From positions 558,001 through 622,000 of the forward strand of contig LSRY02000004.1 of assembly GCA_001643675.2 (NCBI GenBank): 64,000 nucleotides of DNA, read 5' to 3'. A program made the translations under genes and the position numbers. This stretch comes from Monocercomonoides exilis PA203 (Eukaryota > Protista > Preaxostyla). Shown here in pieces: positions 1 to 11,700 of the stretch. The notes under the pieces are model-generated. The model was not told the DNA's origin. It saw only the letters and a list, made by a program, of their open reading frames with translations, and searched no databases. Position 1 is the stretch's first letter; every line of letters starts with the position of its first letter.

Positions 1-2571
1 TACTGGGCGGCAATATGTACAACAGAAACGGAGTTGCTGTCTGAAGGAGAAACGAAAAGTCGGCTTATGAATGCTGTTCAGACAGCCGCACAAGGAATAT
101 CAGAATCAGAGGCAGGATATTTGAAAGCCTGCGAAAAAATAGCACCAGAAATACTTCCAAAATTGATTATCATTTTGAAGGAGAAGCCAATCTGCAGAAT
201 AGAAAAGATCTGGAATTCTTCTTTAACGACTGATGGAAGCGAAAAAAGCGGAGATGATTGGGAGGAAAAAGTTGATGGTATTTTTGATTATGATGATGAA
301 AATCTTATTGCCAATGATGTAATCCATTTACTCACTGCATTCAGCGAAAAATTGGGGTCAGATCTTTTGAAGAGCGCACTTCCACTCATTCAATCTGGTT
401 TTGGCTCGAGTGAGCATTGCTTGAAAGGAGCAGCACTGGATCTGTTTGCATGTGTGTTGGAAGGAAGCCCAGAGGAAAGTGTTGCGTTGATCATTCCAAA
501 TGTTGTTTCTTCTCTTCAATCGTTCCTTCTTCCGCCAAGCGCAGTTCCTCAATCTGTGCTCAATCCATATGCAATGACTTCTCACATGACCCCCTCACCT
601 CCTCACGTCATACCTAATCCAAATCCTTTCCCAACACCTCAGTATCCTCATGCCCCTCTCTCTTTGCGTCTGACAGCAGCCCACACGCTCAGCATCCTCT
701 GCAATCAAACATATCAATCAATTTATGAGAAGGACACACTGCAAGCCATCTCACTGTGCATTGCATCCATCTTGCAGGATATTCCAGAAATAGCCTTTTT
801 AGGAACAGTTGCTGCTTACAATCTTTCGAGCCATGTTTCATTAGCTTCGGAAAATTCTGATACAACAAACTCTGCAAAAAGCAAATCAACAGAAAGTTCA
901 GCATCTGAGCAGCTTTTATCTGTAACTTCTCAAAAAATGAAAAATAAAGCGAAGATGCACAGCGAAGAAGATGAGTCTGAAGAAGACGAAGAAGACGAAG
1001 ACGAAGACGACAATGACGATGACGATGAATCCTCTTTACCAAATTCTCTTCTTTCTCCCGTCTTTCAGTTTCTATACAACCATTTAATATCGACCTCGCT
1101 CCGAAATGATGGGGAACATGTCAGGTTGTCAGCCTCAAGTATTTCAGCAGCATGTACGTTGTGCCAACACAGCCCTTCAGATCAAGAGACTTTTTTGCTT
1201 CAGCAGATGCCAAACATCATTCAAGTTATATCACGAAAGTATCCATCTGAAGCAATTGCTTCAGCTCAGTTAGGTTTGAGCTCTTCTCTGCAGCCATGTG
1301 CAGACGCCTCTGGTGATGCAGACACTCAATCATTGTTGCTGCTGATGGGAGGCTGTTTCACTTCAGATAAAGTTGCTACAAATGGGATGTTTCTGCGCTC
1401 AAAAGCAATGCTTCAATCGCTGGAATATAAGCATCTTCTTATTACGCTTGTGAACATATTGATAACCATATTGGAAGATAAGTGTAATTCTTTCATTGTG
1501 CCATATCTCAAGGCAATCAACGATCTTTCTTGTGCAACGCAATTGGTTGAGAACAAAAACAAAGAATGGACACTTATTTCTGAAACTGGAAGTCAGCCAA
1601 ATGACATTCCACCTCCAATTACAGCCTCATTGAAAGAACACCTCACGCCTTGTGCTGCACACCAACTGGTAACATCTGATGAATGGGATCTGCTAAAGAC
1701 TTCTCTTGTATTATCGTTGCAACATTCATTCTTCAGGCGTCCAGAAGGCGCACAGACTTACTTTCTTCATTTCGCAAACAGCTTGATCGTCCCTGCTTTG
1801 GCCAAATCACACGATGAAGAGTTATTCTCAGCTGCTTGTCAAGCAGTTGGGTTTTCAGCGTATGTTTTTTCATCCCTCTCAACATCCGAACCTTCTTCGT
1901 TTGCACTTTTTTCTTCGCTCCTTTCTGCATTTCTTTCTGCAACCTCGTGTTCGTTTGTGGATTCTCCTCCTGGTTCGCGCAGTGCTGTTTGGAATGCTGT
2001 GTACAAACTGGAAGAAGAAGGAGGAATGTTTGGAAAAGGCCTTGCCGTTCATATGATCAATGTCCTTCCTTACAACGCCTCTGCAAAGACTGCACAACCA
2101 GAAGGAACTGGTGATTCTCGTGTTGGCTTGATGAAGTGGGATGTTGAGGATGTACTTCAACTCCGCTGTGTTATACTCGATTTTCTGCTCAATTCCCTTC
2201 CTCGTTTTTCGCAAATGACGGCTCCTATGCCACAGCTGCCGCAGGATGTGAAGCTACCAAATATACCTCAAGCTCCTCCTTCAACATCAATGTTTCAGGC
2301 ATATCTTTTGGCATCGTTTGCCTTTGTTAACAATTTCTTGCTAGACGAAGACAACGATGAGGAAACGTTGCGATCACTTCTCAATTTTTTGATAGAAGTT
2401 CTCCCTTTCATCCCAACAACTCAACAATCGCCAACCATGTCTCCGTGCTCGCTATTCTTTACACTCACAAAAGCTGATGATGTCAAACGCTTTTTATCTT
2501 TATGCAAGCACAGAGAAAGCAGTGTCAGAAAATTGGCAAGAAAATTAAAATCTCGATTGAAAGCCCTTTGA
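1..2571 (+). CDS. Importin/karyopherin beta family HEAT-repeat protein, 5'-truncated by the window edge
   Basis: Frame is open from base 1. YWAAICTTETEL resembles importin-beta FWSTICDEE. An acidic loop follows, then ALPLIQSGFGS..KGAALDLFACVLEG, resembling VLPFIKEHIK..RDAAVMAFGCILEG. Stop TGA at 2569-2571. Confidence 0.75.
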   Translation, partial: YWAAICTTETELLSEGETKSRLMNAVQTAAQGISESEAGYLKACEKIAPEILPKLIIILKEKPICRIEKIWNSSLTTDGSEKSGDDWEEKVDGIFDYDDENLIANDVIHLLTAFSEKLGSDLLKSALPLIQSGFGSSEHCLKGAALDLFACVLEGSPEESVALIIPNVVSSLQSFLLPPSAVPQSVLNPYAMTSHMTPSPPHVIPNPNPFPTPQYPHAPLSLRLTAAHTLSILCNQTYQSIYEKDTLQAISLCIASILQDIPEIAFLGTVAAYNLSSHVSLASENSDTTNSAKSKSTESSASEQLLSVTSQKMKNKAKMHSEEDESEEDEEDEDEDDNDDDDESSLPNSLLSPVFQFLYNHLISTSLRNDGEHVRLSASSISAACTLCQHSPSDQETFLLQQMPNIIQVISRKYPSEAIASAQLGLSSSLQPCADASGDADTQSLLLLMGGCFTSDKVATNGMFLRSKAMLQSLEYKHLLITLVNILITILEDKCNSFIVPYLKAINDLSCATQLVENKNKEWTLISETGSQPNDIPPPITASLKEHLTPCAAHQLVTSDEWDLLKTSLVLSLQHSFFRRPEGAQTYFLHFANSLIVPALAKSHDEELFSAACQAVGFSAYVFSSLSTSEPSSFALFSSLLSAFLSATSCSFVDSPPGSRSAVWNAVYKLEEEGGMFGKGLAVHMINVLPYNASAKTAQPEGTGDSRVGLMKWDVEDVLQLRCVILDFLLNSLPRFSQMTAPMPQLPQDVKLPNIPQAPPSTSMFQAYLLASFAFVNNFLLDEDNDEETLRSLLNFLIEVLPFIPTTQQSPTMSPCSLFFTLTKADDVKRFLSLCKHRESSVRKLARKLKSRLKAL

Positions 2572-2793
2572 AAAAAAGAAGAAATTTTTGAAAGATAAAA
2601 AAGTTTTGTTTTCAAATTTATTTCGGTTTTTTAACAAGTTGCTGATGTTTGAGAGAGTCAGTACATTTCATAAGCTGACATCTCTTTTTAGAATTATAAA
2701 AATATCGCAATAATTGAAAAACTTATAAACAAAAAAATGGATAAAAATATTTTTTTATTTAGAACAAAGTGGAGGAGTTAGAGTTGTAAGGCA

Positions 2794-5700
2794 TTAAATA
2801 TCAGAGTTGAGATCGAAGAACGGAATTGACTGGGACGACGATGAGCGTGATGGGAAAGAGATCGTTGAAGAAGCTCTGCTTATTCCGCCATCTGTTTCTG
2901 GCGTGTTGCTTCTGACTGAATAATCAGACTGGGAAGTGCTGCTAAGCTCTGAAGTCGACTGATGAGATTGCATAGGCAATGACTGATGTTTCGATACAGA
3001 AGCATCAGATGATTCTCTGTTGGCAGTTTGCATCATTAATGACGAAGGAGTGCTAGTTGAAGTCGGAGTAGAACTGACTATTGTTGGGGCGATGACTGGT
3101 TGATACAGCTGATGAGTGAGTGTTGATTGTTCGAGTGAGAAGGAAAACAATGTGTCAATGTGATGAGGCTGGAGCAGCGATGGATGGAGCACTTGAAGAG
3201 GAGAAAGTGGATTAGCATCAGGAGACACTTGTATTTTTGTAGTTGGGACATTCTGTTCTGATTGAGAAAGAGCAACAGTTTTGAATGAGTCCATGTTAGC
3301 AGAAGCTGATAACATCTCAAGTGTGGAGAAGTTAACCAGCCTAACTGGACACAATTTTGGCTGAACTGTGAACGATGCCGAATTCAATGTTGACAGAGAA
3401 GACGGAGATCCCTCTAAGCTTTTACCCTTGTTATCTCTTTTATCTTCGTTGGATTCATTCTCCATTTTCCCTTTATCTGATTGCTTCCCATTTCCAATTT
3501 CTGATCCCCACAATCTGCTTGCAATGTCAGAAGAGAGGATGTTGGATGGTCTGAATGGAGGAAGCGTTTGCAGCGTGTCACAGACAGTTTTCACATGCGG
3601 TGCATCAAGACGCATCTGTGCGAGTGTTGCTGGATGGATATGCTCAATCGCTGATTGCTGTGCTTCTGTGAGAGACTCGGGATTGTCGGCCAGAGAAGCC
3701 ATTCCCCTCAGAATAGTCATTACTTGACTGTACGAAAACAGAGGGAATGAATACTTTTCAACAGAACTGGAATCATGTTTGCGAGCTTTTGCGCGATGTC
3801 GTTTCGCTTTGAGTTCTGCTGATGAATCGCGTTTCTCTTTGCTCTCTTTACTGTTTTTCGTTGCTTTCTTGTGCTTTGATCTGTGACGATGCTTCAGTCG
3901 TCGCTGTATCATTCGTTCCGTTGCTCGCTTTTGAACTGGATTGATCGAATCAATCGACGCAGAGCGCTGAACTCTGATTGGAAGGTTGTCTGGAATGCCC
4001 AGCAAGTCTGATCCCATAATGCCTTGTGCCCTGAGTGCATCGTCCGGAGAAAAGTGCGAATACGCTTCTGGAAGCACAGAAGAAACAGAGCATGAGCAAG
4101 AACACGATGTGCAGGAGCATGACATTGATTCGTATGGATCAGTCCAGATTTCGTTTTCGTCATTCGGAGAAAGCTCATTTGAGTCCAAATTTCGAGTAGA
4201 ATGCCACCGAGAAAGAACAGCTGTTGAGCGTCCGCGCTTCAACCCCCGTCTCCTTCTAATGTGTCTTCTCAGAGGAATAAAAGCCGAAGCTGAAGACGAC
4301 ATGGAAGTGTCTGAGAGCGGAGAAAGAGGGAGAGCAGAAGGCGGAGAGAGAGGTGTGCCTGGAAGCGTTGTGAGAAGGAATGGCTGCATTTGCGATGAAT
4401 AAAAACTTGTTGAATGTGTTGGTAGTGATGATGGATTCTGTGGAATGGATCCGACTGAAGCGTGCGTGTGGAAATACTGAGATTGTATTGGAGATGTTGA
4501 CGTTCTCTGTGATGAGTCCCATGAAGGAGAAAACAAGCGTGCAGATTGCTGCGGTGAAGAAACCTCACCTTGGAATGCATTCCTTTCGTAGTCTTCATTT
4601 GCAGCATTTGTTTGAATGCGCCTTTCTTTCATGTTTTGGTACGGCGACTTGGGAAACGGCTGATTGGGCTGTATGCAGCCTCTGTTCAGGTTTGGATGAG
4701 GTGTGGAAGGAGGAAGTGAGAGCAAGAGCGCCTGCCGTTCAGAGGCAAAGTCTCTTTGAGATGCACTGCTTGCCAGAGTGGATCGAGTGTTCATGGTTGG
4801 CAAGGCTCCCATTGTGTCCATCATCTTCATTGTCATCACCAGCGGCTCAGGAGCTTTTATGAACGATGACAAGATCACATCTTCCATTTCTGTTTTCTCT
4901 TCTGACAAAAGAGTAAGATGTGGGTCTTCTTCCACAGCCACTGCAGCCATCCCAGGCAGTCCCACATAGCTCAGCGTGGACTGATAGCGACGCGCATTTG
5001 GTGTGTTGGTCTTGTTCTCTTTGTCCTCCAGCAGAGAAAGCGGAGGCGGTGGCAGACCAACAGACTGGTCAGTGAAGTTCGATGGCGAAGCAGTCCGCTC
5101 GTCTTGTGGCGTTTCCTCGTTTTCTTCTTTTCTTTCTTTCGAGGTCTTGTCGGATTCTTCTGATTCCTTCATTAACTCTGGCTTCTCTTCACTGTTGCTG
5201 CCTTCTTCTTCTTCCTGTTGGTGTTTTTCATCTTGTTCAGCTTCTGCTTTCTCTCTTCTTTTCTGCTCCTTTTGCTTCTCTTCTCCATCTTTTTCTTTCT
5301 CAAAAGTTGGCTTTCTTGAGTTCAATCTCTTCCGCTGCTCCATCAACGTCTGGTGAGATGTGATTGAATTGATGCTCATTGTGTGCGAGAGCTCAACAAG
5401 CGCCTGGCTTTCCAGTTGGTATCTGATTCTCCTGCACGGATAGTGATGGTGGTGATGATGATGATGCAAATGTCGATGCTGCTGCTGATGCTGTGTGGGA
5501 AAGTACGTATTTTGGTTTAATGAACCGCTGCTGATGTTCCGAATATCTTCATTTGGCTTTGTCTGATTGCCAGGAGCAGAAAGAGTGAGAGTGGAGTGTC
5601 TTTGAGAAGAGGAATTTGGATTTGCAAGAGTATGTGAAAGAGGCGATGATACAATCGACGACCCATCCGCTGGCAAGCCAACAAAAGATCTGCTTCGATG

Positions 5701-8700
5701 ATCTAACTGAAACTGCTGCAGAGGCGAGCTTGGAGAGACCGGAGAAGCCATTCCGTGAGGAGACCCAATCATCGGCGAGCGAGGCGGAGAGGCAAGAAGA
5801 TGCGGTGCACTCATATTTGTCCCAGATGCAGTGCCTTGCTGTTGATAGAGTTTCCGGAGTGGAACAGGAGGAGATGCAGAGGGAGAAAGACGGGGCGAGT
5901 TTCCAGGCGAAAGAGAAGAGCGGTGGGGCTGAGATGCCATCTGTTCGAACAGCGTGTTTGAATGAGTGTGTCTCCCCGTGTTGCGAGAGAGCATGTGTGG
6001 CGACATGGGCGGTGATGCTGCATTGCCACTCTGCATCTGCATGATCATTCCTGCTGTGCTTGATGAGCCCCATGGAGGCGATAGCGAATCGTTGTTTCCT
6101 GTTGGTGACACAGCAGAAAGACCTGCTGCTCCAAAGGCAAGGTTGTTGGGCACACAGAACGATAGATCAACATCCTTCGACTGCGAAGAATCATCATCTG
6201 CTCCGTTGTTATTGTTATCTCCATCCCCATCGCTTTCATCTCCACTTCCGCTTCCGCTTCCGTTGCCTTTATCCTTGTTTCTACCTTTTCTGTTGCTTTT
6301 ATTATTTTTGCTGCAGTTATTATCGGCTCCTCTGAACTTGCTGACAAGCGCCAGCCGCGCAGCTACTATTTCTCCGACGTAAATAGCCAAATCGCGGCAT
6401 CTGCAGGCGCGCGCCACGTGATAGAACAACTGAGCCACAAAGAGATGGATGTAGGCTGGCCTCACAATCTGCGAATATGCAACTATGTCATCTTCACTTA
6501 AATTTGATGAAGAAGACGACGATGATGGATCTTGAAAAGACGAAGAAGGCGGAGAGGATTCAAAAGAAGGAGAAAGTGCAGATGAACTTGGGGTCTCGTG
6601 GATTTCTGTCAATGTAGATGCAGCCATAGGCGCAGGTGCTGCTTCGGGAGAAGTTGTTCGAGTAATATCATCACCCAACAAAACAGTTGGTTCAGAGAAA
6701 ACGACTGACTTTGACGCACTTTCTGTTGAAGCAGAAGCAGCAGTAGCAGAAGAAGAAGAAGCAGAGTTATTTGTGCAAAACGGCACAGGGACAGATGTTT
6801 TGACCAGCCCGTAAGAGCCTTGTCTGCCAAAGGAGTGTGTTTCTGCTGCTTTTTTGAGTTGGATGAGAGAAGAAGCAGGAATTGACAGAACCAACAGGCC
6901 ATTCAACAGACGAGAAACGGGGATGTATTCCTTTTGGTGGTACATTTCAAGTGCCTGCTCGTCATTGCCATTGTCCTCTTTATCTGAAGAAGTGGAAGCT
7001 GACAGCGTGAGTGAAGTGGTTAAAGAAGAAGAAGAAGATGATGATGATGATGATGCTTCAATTTTATTCATATCAGAATTTGGCAAAGTCACGTTACCTG
7101 CATTTGAAGCATCTTCTTTCAACTCCTCTTTGGGATTCTTCTCTTCAGCAGACTCTTCCGTTTTATGCTCCTTTTTCTCTTCCAGCTCTTTTTCTTCTTT
7201 TTCTTCCTTTTGCTTTTTTTGTTCTTTTTGTTCTTTTTCTTCCTTTTTCTTCCTTTTCTGCTTCTTCATCAGCGACCATATCTCCTCAGGTGCCCATTTC
7301 GAGTTGACCCCAACGCTGACACGATCTTGCAAAGCGAAGGCGAATGAAATGATGTGTGGAATCTCTTCCCAGCCGAACGTGTGCAGCAGCAGGCAGATTG
7401 TGCGGTAGGCATCTTGAAAGAGCAGAGAGACATTCGACATCCGCCCATTGGCAAAGGAGGAGTCGGAGCATGAAGAAGAGGAAGATGAGGTTATTGATGA
7501 AGAAGAAGAAGAAGAAGAAGTTGATGATGATGAGGAAGAAGATGATGATGAACTCAGATGAGGAAAATATTGCTTGCTGGCTTCTTCCATTGTTGAGAAT
7601 GGCAGAAGCAGAGAAAAATAAAGTGCGGAATAAATTGAGTGAACAATGTTGTCTGGGCGGATGAAGCGAGGAGAAGAAGAAGAAGAGAAATTAGAAGAAG
7701 AATTTGAAGAAGAAGAAGATGCTGAGGATGATGAAGATGATGAAGATGATGATGTCATTGAAGAAGGAATGGAAGAAGCGGCTCCAATGGTAGACGGAGC
7801 AGATGAAGATGAGGAGAAAGAAGAAGATTGCTGCGAAGGAACAACAACAGAAGCAAGGCTCTGTGTGGATGAGGAAGGAGGGAATAAAAGCTGAGCATCT
7901 GAAAGAACAGAAGAATTAGACGAAGATGAAGAAGAGGAGGAAGAAGAAGGCAAAACAGATTGCTGAGCTGACAGAAGAGAAGAAGTGGAACTGGAAGCCG
8001 AAAGTGATGAAGTGGCAATATCCGGGAGATCATTCAATGTGACAGATTTTTCAGATGAAAGTGCGTGTGGAATGAAGATGGTTGGGATCAAAGCAGAAAG
8101 TGGGTGTGGGAGAGAAGGGCCGATTGCGCTGTGTGTGTTCTCTGAGTGTGAAGAGGAGGAAGATATTTGGTGTAAATCGATGTTGTTTTCGCAGAGCACC
8201 CGCACGTCTTTGCAGAGCGGGTAAGAAGAAGGGCAGAAGGTGTGTGCAGCAGCCAGAGCGAGTGGAGGCTGTGGATGAATCGGCGACAGAAGCGAATTCA
8301 GCAGGCAAAACGACAAATGGCGGATGTCTGGACAAGGAGACGGGATCGCCTCGCCAGGCATGGCCAGACGCTCCTCGGGTGAATAGAGAGGGATCGGGAT
8401 GGGCAGCATGAGTGGCAGCAGATACATCAGAATCTGCTCCACAATGCGGGAGAAGCGCTCGTATTCGTCCGGTGACAGAGCGACTGTGTGTGTCTGACCC
8501 GATTGACTGCCCTGGCCAGCAAGCTGAGACTGATCTGGCTGGGCGACAGGGCAGAAGAGGCGGAACGAGAAGTAGCGGGAGACATGCAGAAGAATCGAGA
8601 AAAGAGCTGCTACTTCGCCATGGGCGATGTTTGGAGTATGCTCGTGCGGGACAGAATTCAGGAACTCGTCCCACGATGTGAATGGCTTCTTTTTGGAGGT

Positions 8701-11410
8701 GATGCCACCTGACTGCTCATTGAGTCGCTCGTCCAGCCACGAAAGATCCATAAACTGTGCTGGCTTCATCAGATCCTCCACGATGGAGTCCTGCAGGAGA
8801 CCTGTGTAGCTGCTCTTTTGGTGGACGTGTTGGGTGTTGTTTGATGACTTGTTTAAAGAAGAAGAAGAAGAAAACACTTCAGAGCGGATGGGTGGGTGAA
8901 GAATGTATGCAGATGCGATGTGCTGTAAAATGGGGAAGTAAAAATCTGTGACAAATGGAGTGGACGATGCTGTGGTGAATGCCTGAGAGTGAAGCGCCGA
9001 TGCTGACAAGGAAGACGAATGGGCAGGGAGAGAAAGCGAAAGAGAAAGAGAAATGGGGGCTGTGGACAAAGCCTGTGATGTCTGGTATTTGAGAGCAAGC
9101 GCGCAGAAGCAGTCGATCACACACCGAACCAGGCAGACATTCAGTCTCTGCACCAGCGACAGCACTTTTGATGACTCCTGGGAAGGGCTGGGCGGAGTGG
9201 AAATGTTAACCATTTCGATCATTTGGGGTTTGTTTGCGGATTCCAATGCAGATGGTGGGTGTGCAGATGATGAAGAAGATGAGGAAGATGTTGAGCAAGA
9301 TGAATCGATGGAAGAAGAAGAAGTAGATGATGATGATGATTGAATTGAGTTTGATGAAGATTGCTTGTGTGGTGAAAGAACCGAGAATGAAGAGAATGAA
9401 GAGGAAGAAGAAGTTGATGAAGAAAGTGCAGATGGTGAACGAGAAGGAGCAGTCGACTGGTTTGTACGCAGGACAACAGCAACCGAATACGACATCATCT
9501 GAAGCAGCTGGGCGCTGAGCTCAGCCGGAAGCGACGACGGCGGTCTGTTTGGAGAGTGGAAGATGAAGCAGGAGAGGAACTGGACGACTCGGCACTGCTG
9601 CATCAGCTTGATGGCTGCCCGCAGCTCCGCTGGGCATTTGCTGACAGCGCCCTGACAGAACTGGAAAAAGTCATTCGACATGTTCTGGCTGTATTGTGTG
9701 TGCTGTGTGTTGTGCGAGTTCTGAGTGTGCTGTGTTGGGTGAGGCGTCTTCGTGCCAAGCTTCTCTTTGATGGTATCAGCGAATGTGGGCGACTTGCGAG
9801 AGGGTGGAGGAAGCGGAGGCACAGAAGACAGTGCAGGGTGGTGGTGGAGAATGGTGGTGGGGCGGCTAAGAAGAGAGAAGAGGAGATTGAGTGCAAACAG
9901 AGTGAATTTTGGACGGAGGAAAAGCGCAAGCACTTTGATGATATGAAGAGAAGGCGAAGCCTGTCGGGATGTCTGCTTCATCTGAGAAGGAGAAGGGCTT
10001 TGGGAAGGTGTTGAGACAGTAACCGCAGTTGCTGCTTGCGGCTGAGAACGCTGTTGAAGCTGCTCTTCTGCAGCTGTTTCAGAATTAGACTCTGTTTGCA
10101 TGTGCAGCTGGTGGGACGAGGAGGATAAAGACTGTTGGGGTTGTGTGGTGGTTGTTAGCATCCTGTAAGTATTCAAAAAAAGTTCTGCTGATTTATTGAT
10201 GCCAGCGGTGATCTGAACTTCATCTTCTTCAAAGCTGCTGTTGATCATATGCGCAAACACTTCGGCATCAACAGCCTTGGCAGCGGTAATCACCATAATC
10301 ACGATCAGTCTTTTCACAACAGCTGAGTCTGGAGAATTCAACGCCTCGCGAATCAACTCAAATGAAAGCAGAGAAAGATCTGTCTGCGACACAATTGTCT
10401 CAAAAGAGTACGACAAAAGCGTCGGCGTAAAAGGAAACGGAGAAGTTTGCTGGGGAATTGATGCGAATGAAGAAGGAAGTGATTGAGGGAATAACAGTTG
10501 CGCGCCTGTTGTTTCACTAAAGTTTGGAGGGATCCAAAAAGGTGGAATAAATGAGCTGTTTGGAAGTGGTGCATTATGAACGCTAACGTTTGAAGTGTCT
10601 TTTTTATTTGGAATGAGACTTTGAGGATGAGACGAAAAAATAAGTGGAGTGAAAACAGTTGTATAAAAGGACAAGAGAGAATGTGCAGAAATATGAAGAA
10701 CAGATAGCATCTTGCTGCCGAAAGAGTTTATACATTTATGTATCGTTGATAGGGTTATGTGCCAAAGTCTTTCAAATTAAAAAATGATGAAATAGATTGA
10801 ATATAAATAATAAATGTTACCTTGTTTCAGTGTTTGAATTTTCAGTTGGAATATGATAAAGGGTGAAAAATTGTGTAAGGTGTGTTTGCAGATTTGGATA
10901 AGTTAAAGGATCTGGCCGATAATCAAGGTAGTTTATAAACTGAAATGTGGAGAAAAAATAATAACGAAATAAAATTTAACGATTATGTTCATACCAAAGA
11001 ATATGCTAAAAAAGAAAATGCCCCTTCCGCATCCGTTGGCCTTGAAAGAAGCTTTGTTGTGAGACTGAGAATTGTAGGTTCCAGAGATGCCAAGCGCTGA
11101 GGGCATGAATGAGTTAATTCAATAAGACAATAAACAATATTTGCTACTCCAGGAACGTTTTTGCGCTTGAATTCTTTGCGAAACGCTTCCCTCAAAAGTT
11201 CGCAAATTCTTGGAACTTTTTTTTGTTCCACTTTTGCATATTTTGTCAAATCGTTGACGCCATCTGGAAGGCCTGCAATGGCGTCTGAAGTATAACTAAC
11301 CAAGCGACTGCTTGGCTTGCAACAACAACTGCAAAAACTCGTTGTTTGTAAAAAAACGAAAATCAAAAAAGAAAAAAACAATATGATGGTTTTGTTTTAT
11401 CACATTGCAT
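2794..11410 (-). CDS. EFR3: EFR3-like protein (PI4KA plasma-membrane adaptor N-terminus) with very large Ser-rich insertions, ~2800 aa; start codon unresolved
   Basis: N-terminal exon reads CSCCCKPSSRLV..DLTKYAKVEQKKVPRICELL..CLIELTHSC..LEPTILSLTTKLL, matching the EFR3 pattern CCCC..KRLV..KLTFYA..EKLDRIGEYL..LLMACH..FL.MVAKLL. Two GT-AG introns (~10910-10994 and ~10769-10820) join it in frame to the 2638-aa ORF. Confidence 0.65.
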
Positions 11411-11700
11411 TTTTTTCTTGGAAAGTTGAATCATTAACCCTCAATCAATAAATATTATGTTAAAAAAATAATTAGAAAATATAGCCTTTATTTTTTTCTT
11501 TGATTTGATCATAATTAAAAAAGGATTTTTACTGAAATAAAACACTAGAAAAAATTGTTGTTATTGGGCTTTTGTTGTTTGTAATTGTTTTCGCAAATTG
11601 TACTGGGGTACGAATCGATATACTTTATTATTATTATTATTTTGAATATTATTGTATTTTTTTTATTATTCTCAAAAATGGAAAAGATTTACAGTTGAAA

